DNA of 64,000 nucleotides, taken from Octopus sinensis (taxonomy: Eukaryota). Of this stretch, positions 1 to 14,035 are shown piece after piece. A program made the position numbers and the translations under genes. The stretch is taken from positions 21,216,464 to 21,280,463 of the forward strand of contig NC_043011.1 of NCBI RefSeq assembly GCF_006345805.1. Reading direction: 5' to 3'. The first letter of the stretch is position 1. Every line of letters starts with the position of its first letter. The notes beneath the pieces were generated by a model. It ran no database searches, was not told where the DNA came from, and worked only from the letters and a program-made list of their open reading frames with translations.

Positions 1-25
1 AATTAAGATTAGTAAATATGCAGAA

Positions 26-124
<99 letters not shown>

Positions 125-197
125 CATACATACACAATACATACATACTACATACATACATACTACATACATACATACATATATATATACATATATA

Positions 198-232
<35 letters not shown>

Positions 233-1619
233 CGTGTGTGTGCGCGCGCGTGTGTATAAAACTATAAATAAGGGTATCTGAGAGATACTACCATGCCGAA
301 ATAGCAGTCAAGACCCCGACTTCAAAAACCACCTTAGTTTATTTTGCTGGAAATAGTTAGAAACCATTGTCTGGGAAATAATTGAGATGGTAAACGTTTT
401 TAATTTTCATTCCTTTCGAGAATTTATCCTTAATTGGTGGTTTGAGTTTTCTACTGCTCTTTCTAGCACAAGGCTTCCTATTTGGAAGCCTCTTGTATTT
501 CTATGTGAATAATATATAGTCTAATGACTAATTCGTTTTTGTGCTAGGCCACTGGTAATAATTTCTTATTACCCTGTTGTTATTTATATATATATACATG
601 TATTATATAATTTATATCTATAGTGTTAACTATTATATTACGGACGATTTTAGTAGCACACGTTTGCCATATGTGTAATATTAGGAAATATTTCATACAT
701 ACAATGATTATAATTAAACATTTATCATATTTGTTGGTGCTTGTACGAAATAATGAAATAAATACTGATTTTTCAAATAAAAAATATTTGTTGCTTTAAA
801 ATAAAATTAACACAAATTTATGTATTTCCAATAAATATATGTAATCATTTTCTAAATTTTATCAGCATAATCGCTATCAACTCCGTCGAAAACCTATCTC
901 GGCAACATTTCACTAAAAGATGTGTACTTTTCGGAAAGTTATTAGAATCAAGATAGATGGTAGGGTACTATATTGGAGTTGTGTGTGTGTCTCTCTCTCT
1001 GTCTCTCTGTCTCTCTGTCTCTCTCTCTCTCCCTCTCTCTGTCCTTTCATACATACATTCACACATACGCATATATATTTATATAAATACGTGAAATAAT
1101 AATTTGCAAATTGACAATTCATTTCGAAATGTAAGCAAAAATATTACTTGAAAGTTCATGAAAAATAAATTCGAAATGAATTACCAATTTGCAATTATTT
1201 TTGTAAATATTTTTCTTTTCTATACCATATACCTTATTTTCTACGGTTTTAACTTTGCAAATTTACTACATCATGCAGTTGAGAATTGAAAACAGAAAGC
1301 TATAGTACATTTGAATACAGTTCTATATTTAATAGATGAAGAATTCTGTACATTATATTTGACAGATATTTGTCCTCACCTTGTTGGTATGCTTATGTCC
1401 TCATAACTAAGCGGTTTTCGCAAATGTGGCAAGCAGAATAAATACCAGACTTAAAAATAAATAGGACAAAATGAATAAAAGAAGTACTGGGGTCGACTCC
1501 TTCGGCTAAACGTTCTCCAAGGCGGTGCCCCAGCATGGCCACATTCTCATGCCTGCATCAAATAAAAGATAAAAGATTATATGTGTGCGTATGTGAGATA
1601 CGGGATTAAAATTGGAGGC

Positions 1620-1889
1620 ATACGTACAATTAGTTTTACGTTTGAGTCTAAAAGATGAAAAATGATTATTGATACGTTTTTTGTATTTATCGAACATCCT
1701 GTCTATATAAAGTTACCAGCTTCAGTCACAATTGTACATTTATAAACAACATTTTGGATTAAACATCGACCTAATAACGGACAGTAGGATTTAACTATAC
1801 AATTGCAACCGGGAACGTTACTACTATTAATATTATTGATATTCCTATCATTGCTACTGCTATTACTGCTGCTGCTGCTGCTGCTGCTG

Positions 1890-1964
<75 letters not shown>

Positions 1965-2193
1965 TAATCGGTATTATCATTATTATTGCTGTTATTTATA
2001 CTTCCTTCGGCTATAGTATCATTTAAATTCATCTCAGTATCAACAGATATTGTGTCAGTAATCCCTGTGCTAGTATAAACTTCGGAGTCACAGTCTATAT
2101 TGTACATATAGATGTTTTATTACTGTTGTTTCTAATTCCTACACCACCATTAATATCATTCTCATTATAGGGTTTAAACTAGTGTTGACAATA

Positions 2194-2268
<75 letters not shown>

Positions 2269-2290
2269 TATTATTATTATTATTATTAAA

Positions 2291-2356
<66 letters not shown>

Positions 2357-2511
2357 CCTTTTGCTGATTTTATATTCTTTCTATTTAACCTGGATATGAT
2401 TGCACCTATATTGGGGAGGGTATAATACGGGATTCTAACTGTCTTACGGGAAAACATTCTATTATATCTATGGGAAGCAGGGAACTTTTTATCCAAAATT
2501 ACCTAAATTTC
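1620..2511 (-). mobile_element. Penelope-like element family 3, fragment 1 (thumb/linker + start of GIY-YIG endonuclease)
   Basis: Translated pieces KFPASHRYNRMFSRKTVRIPYYTLPNIGAII, NVPGCNCIVKSYCPLLGRCLIQNVVYKCTI and KKRINNHFSSFRLKRKTN align to the PLE ORFs at 16.5-19.3 kb and 23-24.9 kb; microsatellite runs lie inside the linker. Confidence 0.85.
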
Positions 2512-2534
2512 TTATATATGTTGGTGGATATAGC

Positions 2535-2565
<31 letters not shown>

Positions 2566-3173
2566 TGTATGTATGTATGTATGTATGTACGTGTTTATAT
2601 GTGTATGCGTGTGTGTGTGTGGAAAGAGAGAGAGAGAAAACCATGTGATTTGAAGTTGAAAATATGCCTGCTATTTCTAGATGGTCTAGCAAGTATCCCA
2701 TACAAATTCCTAAATTGTGCCGTATAAACTATATATTTGTTTGTCCGTGTAGTAGTATTAGCATTGTAAACACGTCTATTATGTTATATTATATTAGTTG
2801 TTTCTGCTTCGAATCACTACATTCTAGTTATCCCTGTGTCCAAGCCTATACATTTCACTTGTTTAATATCACATAGGAAGAGACAACATATCCAAACAAA
2901 TCGTAAGTGGAGCGATAGAGAGCTGCTGAACTTCGAGAGTAATGAAATAAGACGATTATTAGAAATGCTAAATGATATTGTGTGACATCTGGTCTCCCAC
3001 CAAAGCATATCCATCAATTAGAAGTAAGGAGAACACAAGTAATTCCTGTTATCTCTGCTTCATTTCCGCCAATTATCATGATTGCACATTCGGATATCTG
3101 ACTGAAACTAAGATATGTGCTTACTGTCAATAATTCAATAACATCCCTCTCCTTTCTCCATCTCTCAATGTAT

Positions 3174-3268
<95 letters not shown>

Positions 3269-3469
3269 ATATATATATACATACATACATACACACATAT
3301 ATATTACATACTTGCACTCTCTCACGCACGCACGCACACACACACACATATATACATACATACATACATACATACATACGTAAGCATGTACGCATGTATG
3401 AATGCATGTATACTAGCAAGAGATACAGAAATCGTAATTGGTATTTAAAAGCTTACAATACCAATTCAG

Positions 3470-3508
<39 letters not shown>

Positions 3509-6164
3509 TATATATATATATATATTTGGTAGTAGTAGTAGTAGTAGTAGTAGTGTAGTAGTAGTAGTAGAGTAGTAGTAGTAGTAGTAGTAGCAGCAGC
3601 AGCAGCAGTAGTAGTAAACTCAGAAAGTATAACTGGTATTTTAGGCTTTATAAAGCAAACATATATTTCAGTAAATCTACTGTCATTATTACGAAGGCAA
3701 CTGACTAGATTGCGTAGAACAATCGACTTAACTCCTCAGTATTTGCACGTATCTCTATCACTACACTATATGCATATACATACACATACAGACATACATA
3801 CATACATACATACATACAGACATACATACATACATACATACATACATACACACATGCATACATAGACATATTTAGACATATATATGCATAAGTATATATA
3901 TGTATATGTGTGCTTACAGTTATGTCACTGCAAGATAAAGGTATGCAAAAAATCACGCATATTCACTGATGAATTGCATACACATGCGCTTATTGATCAA
4001 ATTTATTTCGTTTGTATACGTTCGTGGAAGAAAATACAAAGTGTTTTAAAAGGTTTTCCTTCCACCTTCACCCTTTCACACATACGCAATCTTTTAGATG
4101 TTTGATTCTAATGTCAGTGTGGGTATTGCATCTCTGCATTACGGTGTGTCACCATTTTCTTAAACCTTTTGTAAGCTAAAAACAAAGTTTCTCAGATCTG
4201 GATTCTTTTTTTTTTTTTACTCTACCCTTTTCCCTCTTTATTTGGATACCTTTACCTGCTTATAGAATTTGCATGGAAGCTATTGAACGTTCCAGAGACG
4301 TGTACCGTTTATAAAAATTCTCTAGCAAAATCATTTTGACAGTATGTGTGGCAAGGCTGTATCTTTGAATTATGGATGCTTTCCATCAGACGGGATTCTG
4401 CAGGTTTTCGCTCACCTAAATTCACTCACAATGTCGAGGTCGACTCCGAGGCTATAGTCAAAGATACTTGCCGAAGACGCCATACAGTAGGATCAAACCA
4501 CAGTCCTCTTGAGTTGAAGCGAATTTCTTAACGTGTGGTAGTTACGAGGAGGTTATTTACTATGTTTTTTGACCATGATCCGACGAGGGAGCCTTTATCT
4601 CATCGCTTGATTTGCAAGAACCAATATCTAAATCTCTCTCCAACCCCATCAAGAAAATATATTGTAATTTTTTGAAAAAGAACACATTGTATAAATCAAT
4701 CCTAGAGAACAGTCTGAAGAGATAAACAGGTTAGTCACGATTGGAATGTCTTATCGTAAATCTACTGGATCAGATCTGACATGTAGATAAACATCATTAG
4801 ATCTTCTAGGTACCGAAAACTTAGAAGTGTAGTTCAAGTATTGCCCTCTGTTGCTAACCTATTTCAACATTTACCGCGCTGGCATGAAGCCTGTACACGA
4901 TCGCTAGACCAGCTAGAAATGACAACCTTCTCCATATCACACTCCACCGTATTAAAAATAAAAGAAGGCAAGCCACATCAGTTAAAGTGGTCCTAGATAT
5001 ACTACGATACTATGCCTAAAACTTCTTGGTAGGATGGTCACAGCTAAGCCGTCGTTTCTCAGTTGTCTACTGAATCAGTACTGATGGTAGCTAAACAACA
5101 ATTATTTCTGTAAAGATGTCGTATCTGAAATTCTTTGTGAATCTGCCAGAGATACCAGCTGCATCTTTTTCTGCATTTCTTTCTTGCACTAAATGCTAAC
5201 ATCAAGTGCACTTTTCATTACATGCAGTGAGAACACTTACCAGGTTTCACGCAAGTTTTATTTCGCGGTTAATATTCGTCTTTGCCACCACCTTTAAGCT
5301 TTTGCACTATAAATTGTTTTTGTTGGTATGGAACTTTTTCTGCAGCGCATCGACAAATTTCACTAAGAAAACCAGGTCACTAGCAGATAAAAGTACATGT
5401 ATCATTGAGAATATGACATGTTGATTAAGGTCTTAGAGAAAGCGTGAAGTCCTAGTGAAACCTAGATTTAAAATAAATTTGACGCGACAATTATATCGAG
5501 TCCCAGACCGTGAGGAAATGTACTGTTGTTGTCCTCAAAATTCGTTTAAAATAACAACCAAAAATTAAAACTAATATAATGGAGATGTACTTTTCTGAGT
5601 ATATATGTACCAATATTTGTATTTTGGGAGTAACGTATACGTGTGTATTTATATATGTAATTATTTATGTATGAGAAGGGGTACGAGAGAGAAAGAGACC
5701 AGATCATCGCCTACGTTACCAACGATATTACCTATATTATACAATATCCCTAAAAGATTTGCCAACATGTTTCTCAGCAGGTTAGGGTCATAAAAGGCTA
5801 TTGATATTACGCCATTCACTGGCGGTGTCGTTAAATAAACATCCTTGCCTAAATCAACATAACAGTATGTGACATGGCAGTAAAACATAGTTTAAGAATA
5901 AATGATATAGCAGATAAATGGTATTGTCATTAAATTAAATGTTATCGAGGTAAAATCAGCTAAAATATGTAAATAAAAAAAAAATAATAGAAAATATCTG
6001 AAAAAAAAACCAAAAGCCAAAAAGGAATGAAATATGTCACTTCGAATTCTCTTGACGTCGGATTTCATTGCTTTATTAAAGAAAACATTCTGATACGAAC
6101 ACAGCGACAGATTTTAGCAGATGTGTTGATTTAGAAATTACACTGTTCAGGGTATACATAAATG

Positions 6165-6220
<56 letters not shown>

Positions 6221-6431
6221 ATGTGTGTGTGTGTGTGTGTGTGTGTATTGTGTGTGCGTGTGTGTACGTGTGTGTGTGTGTGTGTATGTGTGTGTGTGAG
6301 TGAGTGTGTGTGCCAATGTATGTATATGCTTCTGTGTGTTGCTGCTACTTTAATCGGTGAGTCATGTAAGTAATACTCATATGTGCTATGATATAACTGT
6401 TATGAGTAATATGGTAATATAAGCCATGCCC

Positions 6432-6576
<145 letters not shown>

Positions 6577-6578
6577 CA

Positions 6579-7776
<1,198 letters not shown>

Positions 7777-7819
7777 TATATATATATATATATATATACA
7801 TACACACGCACATATATGT

Positions 7820-8016
7820 AAGTCCCGGGTTGAGTCGGGGTTAACCACAGTAAATAAGGTACTCAGTACATAGCAGAGTAAATTAATTTATTATATAGAA
7901 GGAGCTTCTACAGGACTAGAACTGTTTCATTCAAAAGAAATCATCAGGAGCTTCCTGATGATTTCTTTTGAATGAAACAGTTCTAGTCCTGTAGAAGCTC
8001 CTTCTATATAATAAAT
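7820..8016 (-). mobile_element. Minimal PLE-like pLTR insertion with 5' inversion (forms a 131-bp palindrome)
   Basis: Arms 7886-7949 and 7953-8016 are exact reverse complements (64 bp, 3-nt spacer GCT); the left arm continues into a 66-bp unique tail to 7820; flanked by TA/CA repeats; contains an HHR core. Confidence 0.65.
7946..8002 (+). ncRNA. Type I hammerhead ribozyme (weak stem II)
   Basis: Stem I AGGAGCTTC/GAAGCTCCT, CTGATGA 7955-7961, stem II T-TTC-TTTT-GAA-T (U.U at 10.1-11.1, atypical), GAAA, stem III ACAG/CTGT, GUA cleavage triplet 7991-7993. Confidence 0.65.
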
Positions 8017-8161
8017 ATATATATATATATATATATTCATACACACACATACACACATATATATATAAGGGTAAAATTATGGTACTGATAATATCAAGTG
8101 GTTTGCATGAGATAATACCTAGTGGGCAAATTATATACAAAAATTAAATTTTCTATATAAA

Positions 8162-8554
8162 TCTTTATATATAAAAGTAAGGTTGTGTGTCTGTCCACTC
8201 CGATTTAGATTCCTAACTACTCCCACATTTTGCGGTGCAGTTTAACCAAAAACGGGTATCTTATAGTCGTGATTCATATCGAGCCCTTCTGGGTATTAGC
8301 GCGCGTCTACGATGAGTCTACGATTTTTAAAATAATTTACCATAATTTTTTTCCATGTTAATGCATATTTTTTTTAAATATAAGGGAAGTAACTCTCTAA
8401 AAATGTCAACGATGAGTCAACAATTTAAAAAAAATTTACCATATTTTTTCCATTTTTAATGCATTTTTTTGCTATTTTTTGGCTATAACTCTCTAAAAAT
8501 GCTTATATAGTTATTTACCTTACAAACCCGAGCAACGCCGGGCGATACTGCTAG
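8162..8554 (+). mobile_element. Non-autonomous Helitron
   Basis: 5' A|TCTTTATATATAAAAG; 3' GC hairpin CCCGAGCAACGCCGGG followed by CTAG|T; AT target; internal ~100-bp tandem duplication. Confidence 0.8.
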
Positions 8555-8756
8555 TATTATATAATTATATTAAAGGGATCAGGAAAAAACCTGCTCGAAC
8601 ATGCTATAAGAGACGGCAAAAGGCGCTACAAGCCACTGTTCACTCCTACAAGAAGCACGGGTTCTAAGCGTGCAAATAATATGCAGAGTCAGGTTATTTT
8701 CCGATTCCTTTAATATAATTATATAATTTATATATGTAATTATTAATTATATATAT

Positions 8757-8804
<48 letters not shown>

Positions 8805-8848
8805 CTGTATATATATGTATATGTGTATATATATGTATATATTATATG

Positions 8849-9064
8849 TTCTTTTACTTGTTTCACACATTTTGACTGTGGCCATGCTGAAGCTCCGCCA
8901 TTTTAGTCGAGGAAATAGACGCCTGGACTTATTCTTTGTAAGCCTGGTATTTCTTCTATCGGTTACTTTTGCTGAACCTCTAAGATATGGGGACGTAAAC
9001 ACAACAACATCGGTTGTCAAGCGATTGTGGGGAGGCGCAATCACAGACACAAAAAACAAACACA

Positions 9065-9111
<47 letters not shown>

Positions 9112-9276
9112 TACGGGGTCCTTTCAGTTTCCGTCTACCAAATCGTCTCACAAGGCTCTGGTTGGCCCGAGCCTATAGTAGAAGTCACCTACCCAAGGTG
9201 TCTCGCAGTGGGACTGAACCCGGAAACGTGTGGTTCGTAAGCAAGCTTCTTAACACACAGCCACGCCTGCTCCTAC
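8849..9276 (-). mobile_element. tRNA-derived SINE family A (internal TA microsatellite)
   Basis: Reverse complement of the family A consensus (GGAGTGGCTGTGTGGTAAG..GGTTCAGTCCCACTGC..GGTAGACGGAAACTGAAAG..(TA)n..CCAGCATGGCCACAGTCAAATG). Confidence 0.85.
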
Positions 9277-9748
9277 ATTAAAAAAAAAAGCAGATTGGTG
9301 CTTAGTTGTATAGAATAGGCTGAGAGCCGACGACCATTTGAAACGGGGTCTTTTGCCTGATGTGTTTCTGCCCTGGGCCGAAGCGCCCCTTTTTAGACAA
9401 TCTGGTCCTAAAGAGCTCCTTCTCCAGCACTATATATTGACAGCGAGCTTAGCGCGGGCACCCGATCGCCATAGAAGACCGACGACCAGGACTCCCATCC
9501 TCAAACCGGCCAACCAACAAAGCCTCCGAGGAGCTGGATCACAGGAGCACACCAGCACGGATTTTTGTCAGTGAACAGGTCGCGGATTTTAGCGACGAAA
9601 ATATTTTAACAAATTAAACTTAAATGTTGAAGTGAATCGAACGGCTTTTGTGTGTTTCTTAAATGGCTTACAAACACCTTCCACGCTGCAATTGTTTTCG
9701 TTTCAGCACACGATCTCAGATCAAATCACTTGGTATGCGAGTACATCT

Positions 9749-9808
<60 letters not shown>

Positions 9809-9822
9809 ATATATTGTATATA

Positions 9823-10335
9823 CATAAATTGAAGACGGGAAGGATGACTTCCCGTTGCAAATACTGACAGGACACAGAAAGTGTGTCTATGGCCAGCTGG
9901 AGGAGTGTGTCTTCCTGGGGCTAAAAACTACAGTAGCATCCACCCTTAGGGGTAGCCATATTGAGATGGCAAATATACGTCACGATGTGTTACCGCTACT
10001 GTATATAACTCACTTTGATATTTATCATTGTTTGATTTCACTTTTTCAATATCAGCGACAGTGGACGCTGGAAAAAGTATAAGTATTTGTGAAGGAAATC
10101 TAATTCTCGCCGACAACTGTGATTGTCACACGCTGACGAGAGGTCAATACCTCGAAACTCGAGTCCGTGTGTATCATAAGTTGAAGACGGGAAGGATGAC
10201 TTCCCTTTGCAAATACTGACAGGACACAGAAAGTGTGTCTATGGCCAGCTGGAGGAGTGTGTCCTCCTGGGGCTAAAAACTACAGTAGCATCCACCCTTA
10301 GGGGTAGCCATATTGAGATGGCAAATATACGTCAC
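9823..10335 (+). mobile_element. Non-LTR retrozyme-like element, about 1.46 copies of a 352-bp monomer, in (TA)n
   Basis: Direct repeats 9823-9983 and 10175-10335 (161 bp, period 352); HHR in the unique part; no meaningful coding capacity; (TA)n on both sides. Confidence 0.85.
10114..10183 (+). ncRNA. Type I hammerhead ribozyme, canonical core
   Basis: Stem I CACACG/CGTGTG extended by CAACTGTGAT/ATCATAAGTTG across a 3x1 internal loop; CTGACGA 10133-10139; stem II GAGGT-CAAT-ACCTC; GAAA; palindromic stem III ACTCGAGT; GUC cleavage after 10165. Confidence 0.93.
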
Positions 10336-10904
10336 TATATATATATATATATAATATATATATATATTATATATATGCACACATACATACAAACACGCAA
10401 ACGCTCATATACACTCATACACATATGTATGCATGTGGGGGTGTGTGCATGGGTGCATGAACTTAAAGTCTTACAAAAATTTGTTTATATTAATACAAAG
10501 TAGGTTTGGTGAAAACTGTTCTGACTTCACATTTATTTGCTTGAATAATGAGCAAACATCGGTATTTGGTTTTGCCCGAATTTCTCGAACGGAGAGAACA
10601 GCGTGTGAGAAATATGGTGATAGCAGAGAATGACACCGGAAGCCATTTCCACACAGCTTGAGATAGTTTCATATAACGCTCAGTTTCAAACAAATTAAAG
10701 CGCTTTTTTTTTTAATAAACAAAATTCTCTGATTAACTATTTGACTACGAACTTATCACTTTCTGATGAAGTGTATATTAAATATTGGAAAGATCGTTGA
10801 TATTATATTTGATTGAGTGTAATCAGGCATTTTGTGGATATGACTATTATAGTGATCTCCTGAATAGTGTAACTTCATTTGAGATTCGCAACTTAAGTTT
10901 TTTG

Positions 10905-11460
10905 TTGTTGTCTGTTCCTTCTTGAGCCATGCGTGACTCATAAGGGCTGTTTTCCTGGTGTCATTAGCGTATAGGTTCCCCACCTGGACGGGATGTCGGT
11001 CCGTCTCAGGTGAGCTGCTAGATGCAGGAGGAAAGAGTGAGAGAAAGTTGTGGCGAAAGAGTCAGCAGAAGTTCATAATTACCTTCTGCCGGAGCCGCGT
11101 GGAGTTTAGGTGTTTCGCTCATAATCACACATATCGTCCTGTCTGAGATTCTAGCGCTCGATCCCGAGTTTTGTTCCTTCTCGAGCCATACCTGGCTCTT
11201 AAGGGCCGGTTTCCCGGCTTCCTTGGCGTATAGGTTCCCCACCTGGACGGGACGCATGTCCGTCTCAGGTGAGCTGCAAGATGCAGGAGGAAAGAGTGAG
11301 GGAAAGTTGTGGCGAAAGAGTCAGCAGAAGTTCACCATTACCTTCTGCCAGAGCCGCGTGGAGTTTAGGTGTTTCGATCATAAACACAGATATCGTCCGG
11401 TCTGAGATTCGATCCCTCGATCCCGAGTCCGCTGCTCTAACCACTAGACTATGTGCCCCC
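10905..11460 (-). mobile_element. tRNA-derived SINE family C (V/Meta-like core) with tandemly duplicated ~265-bp body
   Basis: Head GGGGGCACATAGTCTAGTGGTTAGAGCAGCGGACTC..ATCGAATCTC on the minus strand; body CTGAGACGGACCGACATCCCGTCCAGGTGGGG present twice; CAA-rich tail. Confidence 0.75.
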
Positions 11461-12019
11461 ACTTGCAACTTAATACTCACGGCTTATTCAGGAGTAATCA
11501 CGAGGTTGACAGCATTACGATAAACTAGCGGTGCTCCTGGAAAATATAACGGGAAACTACAAAATAATTATAATGAGCAGTAAAAGAATAAATAAATAAG
11601 ACAAACAGAAAACAGAGAACAGTAAGACTGTCACTTCTGCCTCAATACAACAGAGAAACGACTGCGGCCATCAACAGTGACCAAAAACCACCACTCCGAC
11701 TATCAGTAATAAACAAAATTATTATAAAGTGTTTGAGTCACTTTTTGAATGCTTGAAATTCACAAAAATGTTCTAGTCGAGCGTTAACTCAATGACGCAA
11801 GCACCACAACAAGCTGTCATGGAATATATAAATTATTCTCTACCACTGAGAAAATTATTACAAAATCTAACGATACTTGTCTGCAAAATGTGTTCGTTCT
11901 ACTATAGGTACAAAGCCTGAAATTTTAGGATAAGGAGTTAGTCGATTACATCGACCACAGTGTTCAATGGCACTTATTTTATTCGACCCCGAAAGAATGA
12001 AAAGCAAAGTAAAGACGGA

Positions 12020-13975
12020 AGAAATGCTAACGGCTCTGCCAGCTCAACGCCTTCTCTATGTATGCAATACGATATTGACATGCAATATGATGTTAACATA
12101 TAAAGCGGCAAGCTATCAGAATTGTTAGCACGCCAGTCAAAATACTTAGCGGCATTTCGTCCAGCATTACGTTCTTAGATCAAATTCTTCCAAGGTCGAC
12201 TTTGCCTTTCATCCCTTTTGGGGTCGATAAAATAAGTACGAGTTGAGCACTGGAGTCGATGCAATCGATTAGCACCCTTTCCCCAAATTTCTAATTTCTT
12301 TATTGCCCACAAGGGGATAAACATAGAGGGGACAAACAAGGACAGAAAAAGGGATTAAGTCGAGTACATCGACCCCAGTGCATAACTGGTACTTCATTTA
12401 TCGACCCCGAAAGGATGAAAGTCGACCTCGGCGGAATTTGAACTCAGAACGTAACGGCAGACGAAATACCTATTTCTTTACTACCCACAAGGGGCTAAAC
12501 ATAGAGGGGACAAACAAGGACAGACAAACGGATTAAGTCGATTTATCGACCCCAGTGCGTAACTGATATTTATTTAATCGACCCCGAAAGGATGACAGGC
12601 AAAGTCGACCTCGGCGGAATTTGAACTCAGAAATGCCGCTAGGCATTTTGCCCGGCCTGTTAACGTTTCTGCCAGCTCGCCGCCTTTCCCCCCTAAACTT
12701 CTGGCGTTTGAGCCAGCAAGGGTGAAGTCATTATAATACTAACATATTGTAGCGCATATTGTTTCAATTCGAATGTCGGCTAAATGTTTTTAAGGAATTT
12801 AACAACGTAGAATTTAAATAAAATGAAATTATTAAAAAAGTTTATTTTGATTATTTTTTATTATACTTTAACGTGAGCATGTTCAAAGTCAAGTCAGTAA
12901 TTATTTATTAAAGTTTAATTAGGTCTTAAGTCAAATAAATAATTACGGCCCTTTAATATTTTGGCATATCAAACTCAAAAATCATTGATGCATTACTCAT
13001 ATTTTTGTTTGCTTAAAATTATACGAATAACAAAAAGAAAAATATAAAAAAATATAATGTTGATAGGAATGGTAGTGGGAATGATGGAAACACCACCACC
13101 AACGTAACCAACACAACCACTTTTCTCACCCACCACTCCGCCTTATTTCCTTATTTACGATTACCATCATTGGTGTCATCGCAATTACCATTATTATCAA
13201 TACCAAGTCTCTTCACGTTTCACTCCTTAGCGTGACAAATTCCTAACGTTAAAAACACACCGTAATTAATATAGTTTCTAGAGTGGTGAGCAGGAAGAAT
13301 CGTTAGCACGCTGGTCAGAATGTTGATTAGCATTTCGTCAATTTTGCCAAGGCCAGTTTTGTCGATTTTGTCGTTTCGGGGACGATAGAATAAATATTAA
13401 AGGAGGTGAGCTGGCAGAAACGTTAGCACGCCGGGCGAAATGCGTGGCCGTATTTCGTCTGCCGTTACGTTCCGAGTTTAAAATCCGCCGAAGTCGACTT
13501 TGCCTTTCATCCTTTCGGGGTCAATTAAATAAGTACCAGTTACGCTCTGGGGTCGATATAATCGACTTAATCCATTTGTCTGTCCTTGTTTGTCCTCTCT
13601 GTGTTTAACCCCTCGTGGGTAGTAAAGAAATAGATAGAATAAATATCAGTTCAACACTGGGCTTAATGAAATCGACTGGTACCCCTACCCCCGAACTTGC
13701 TAGTCGTGCGCTAAAATTTGAACTCTATATTAATATGGCCTTTAGGGCGACGGCTAGGCAGAATTGTTAGTATGCCGGGTAGAATGCTCAGCGGTATTTC
13801 GTCCGTCTTTATGTTCTGAGTTCAAATTCTGTTGAAGTCGATTTTGACTTTTATCCTTTCGATAAAATATGTACCAATTGAACACTGGAGTCTAAGAAGT
13901 CGACTGGCACCACCCATCAGCCCAACTTTCTGGCCTTGTGCTTAAATTAGAAGTAGATATTAATATGGCTTTTAA
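12020..13975. mobile_element. Cluster of family B tRNA-SINE copies in both orientations (about 6-7 full/partial)
   Basis: Recurrent GAGCTGGCAGAAACGTTAGCACGCCGGGCGAAATG..TGAGTTCAAATTCCGCCGAGGTCGACTTTGCCTTTCATCC..GGGGTCGAT motif at ~12.1, 12.3-12.7 (minus), 13.3, 13.4 and 13.75 kb. Confidence 0.8.
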
Positions 13976-14035
13976 CATTTTCACATATATACACACACGT
14001 GCACATATTGTACACACATATGTATACATACTGTA

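Noticed and set aside
9307-9745. Solo LTR (TGTA...TACA, TATA-like box, GC-rich)
   Set aside because: No target-site duplication (TTAGT vs TCTCT) and no second copy in the window; remains an unassigned repeat-like segment
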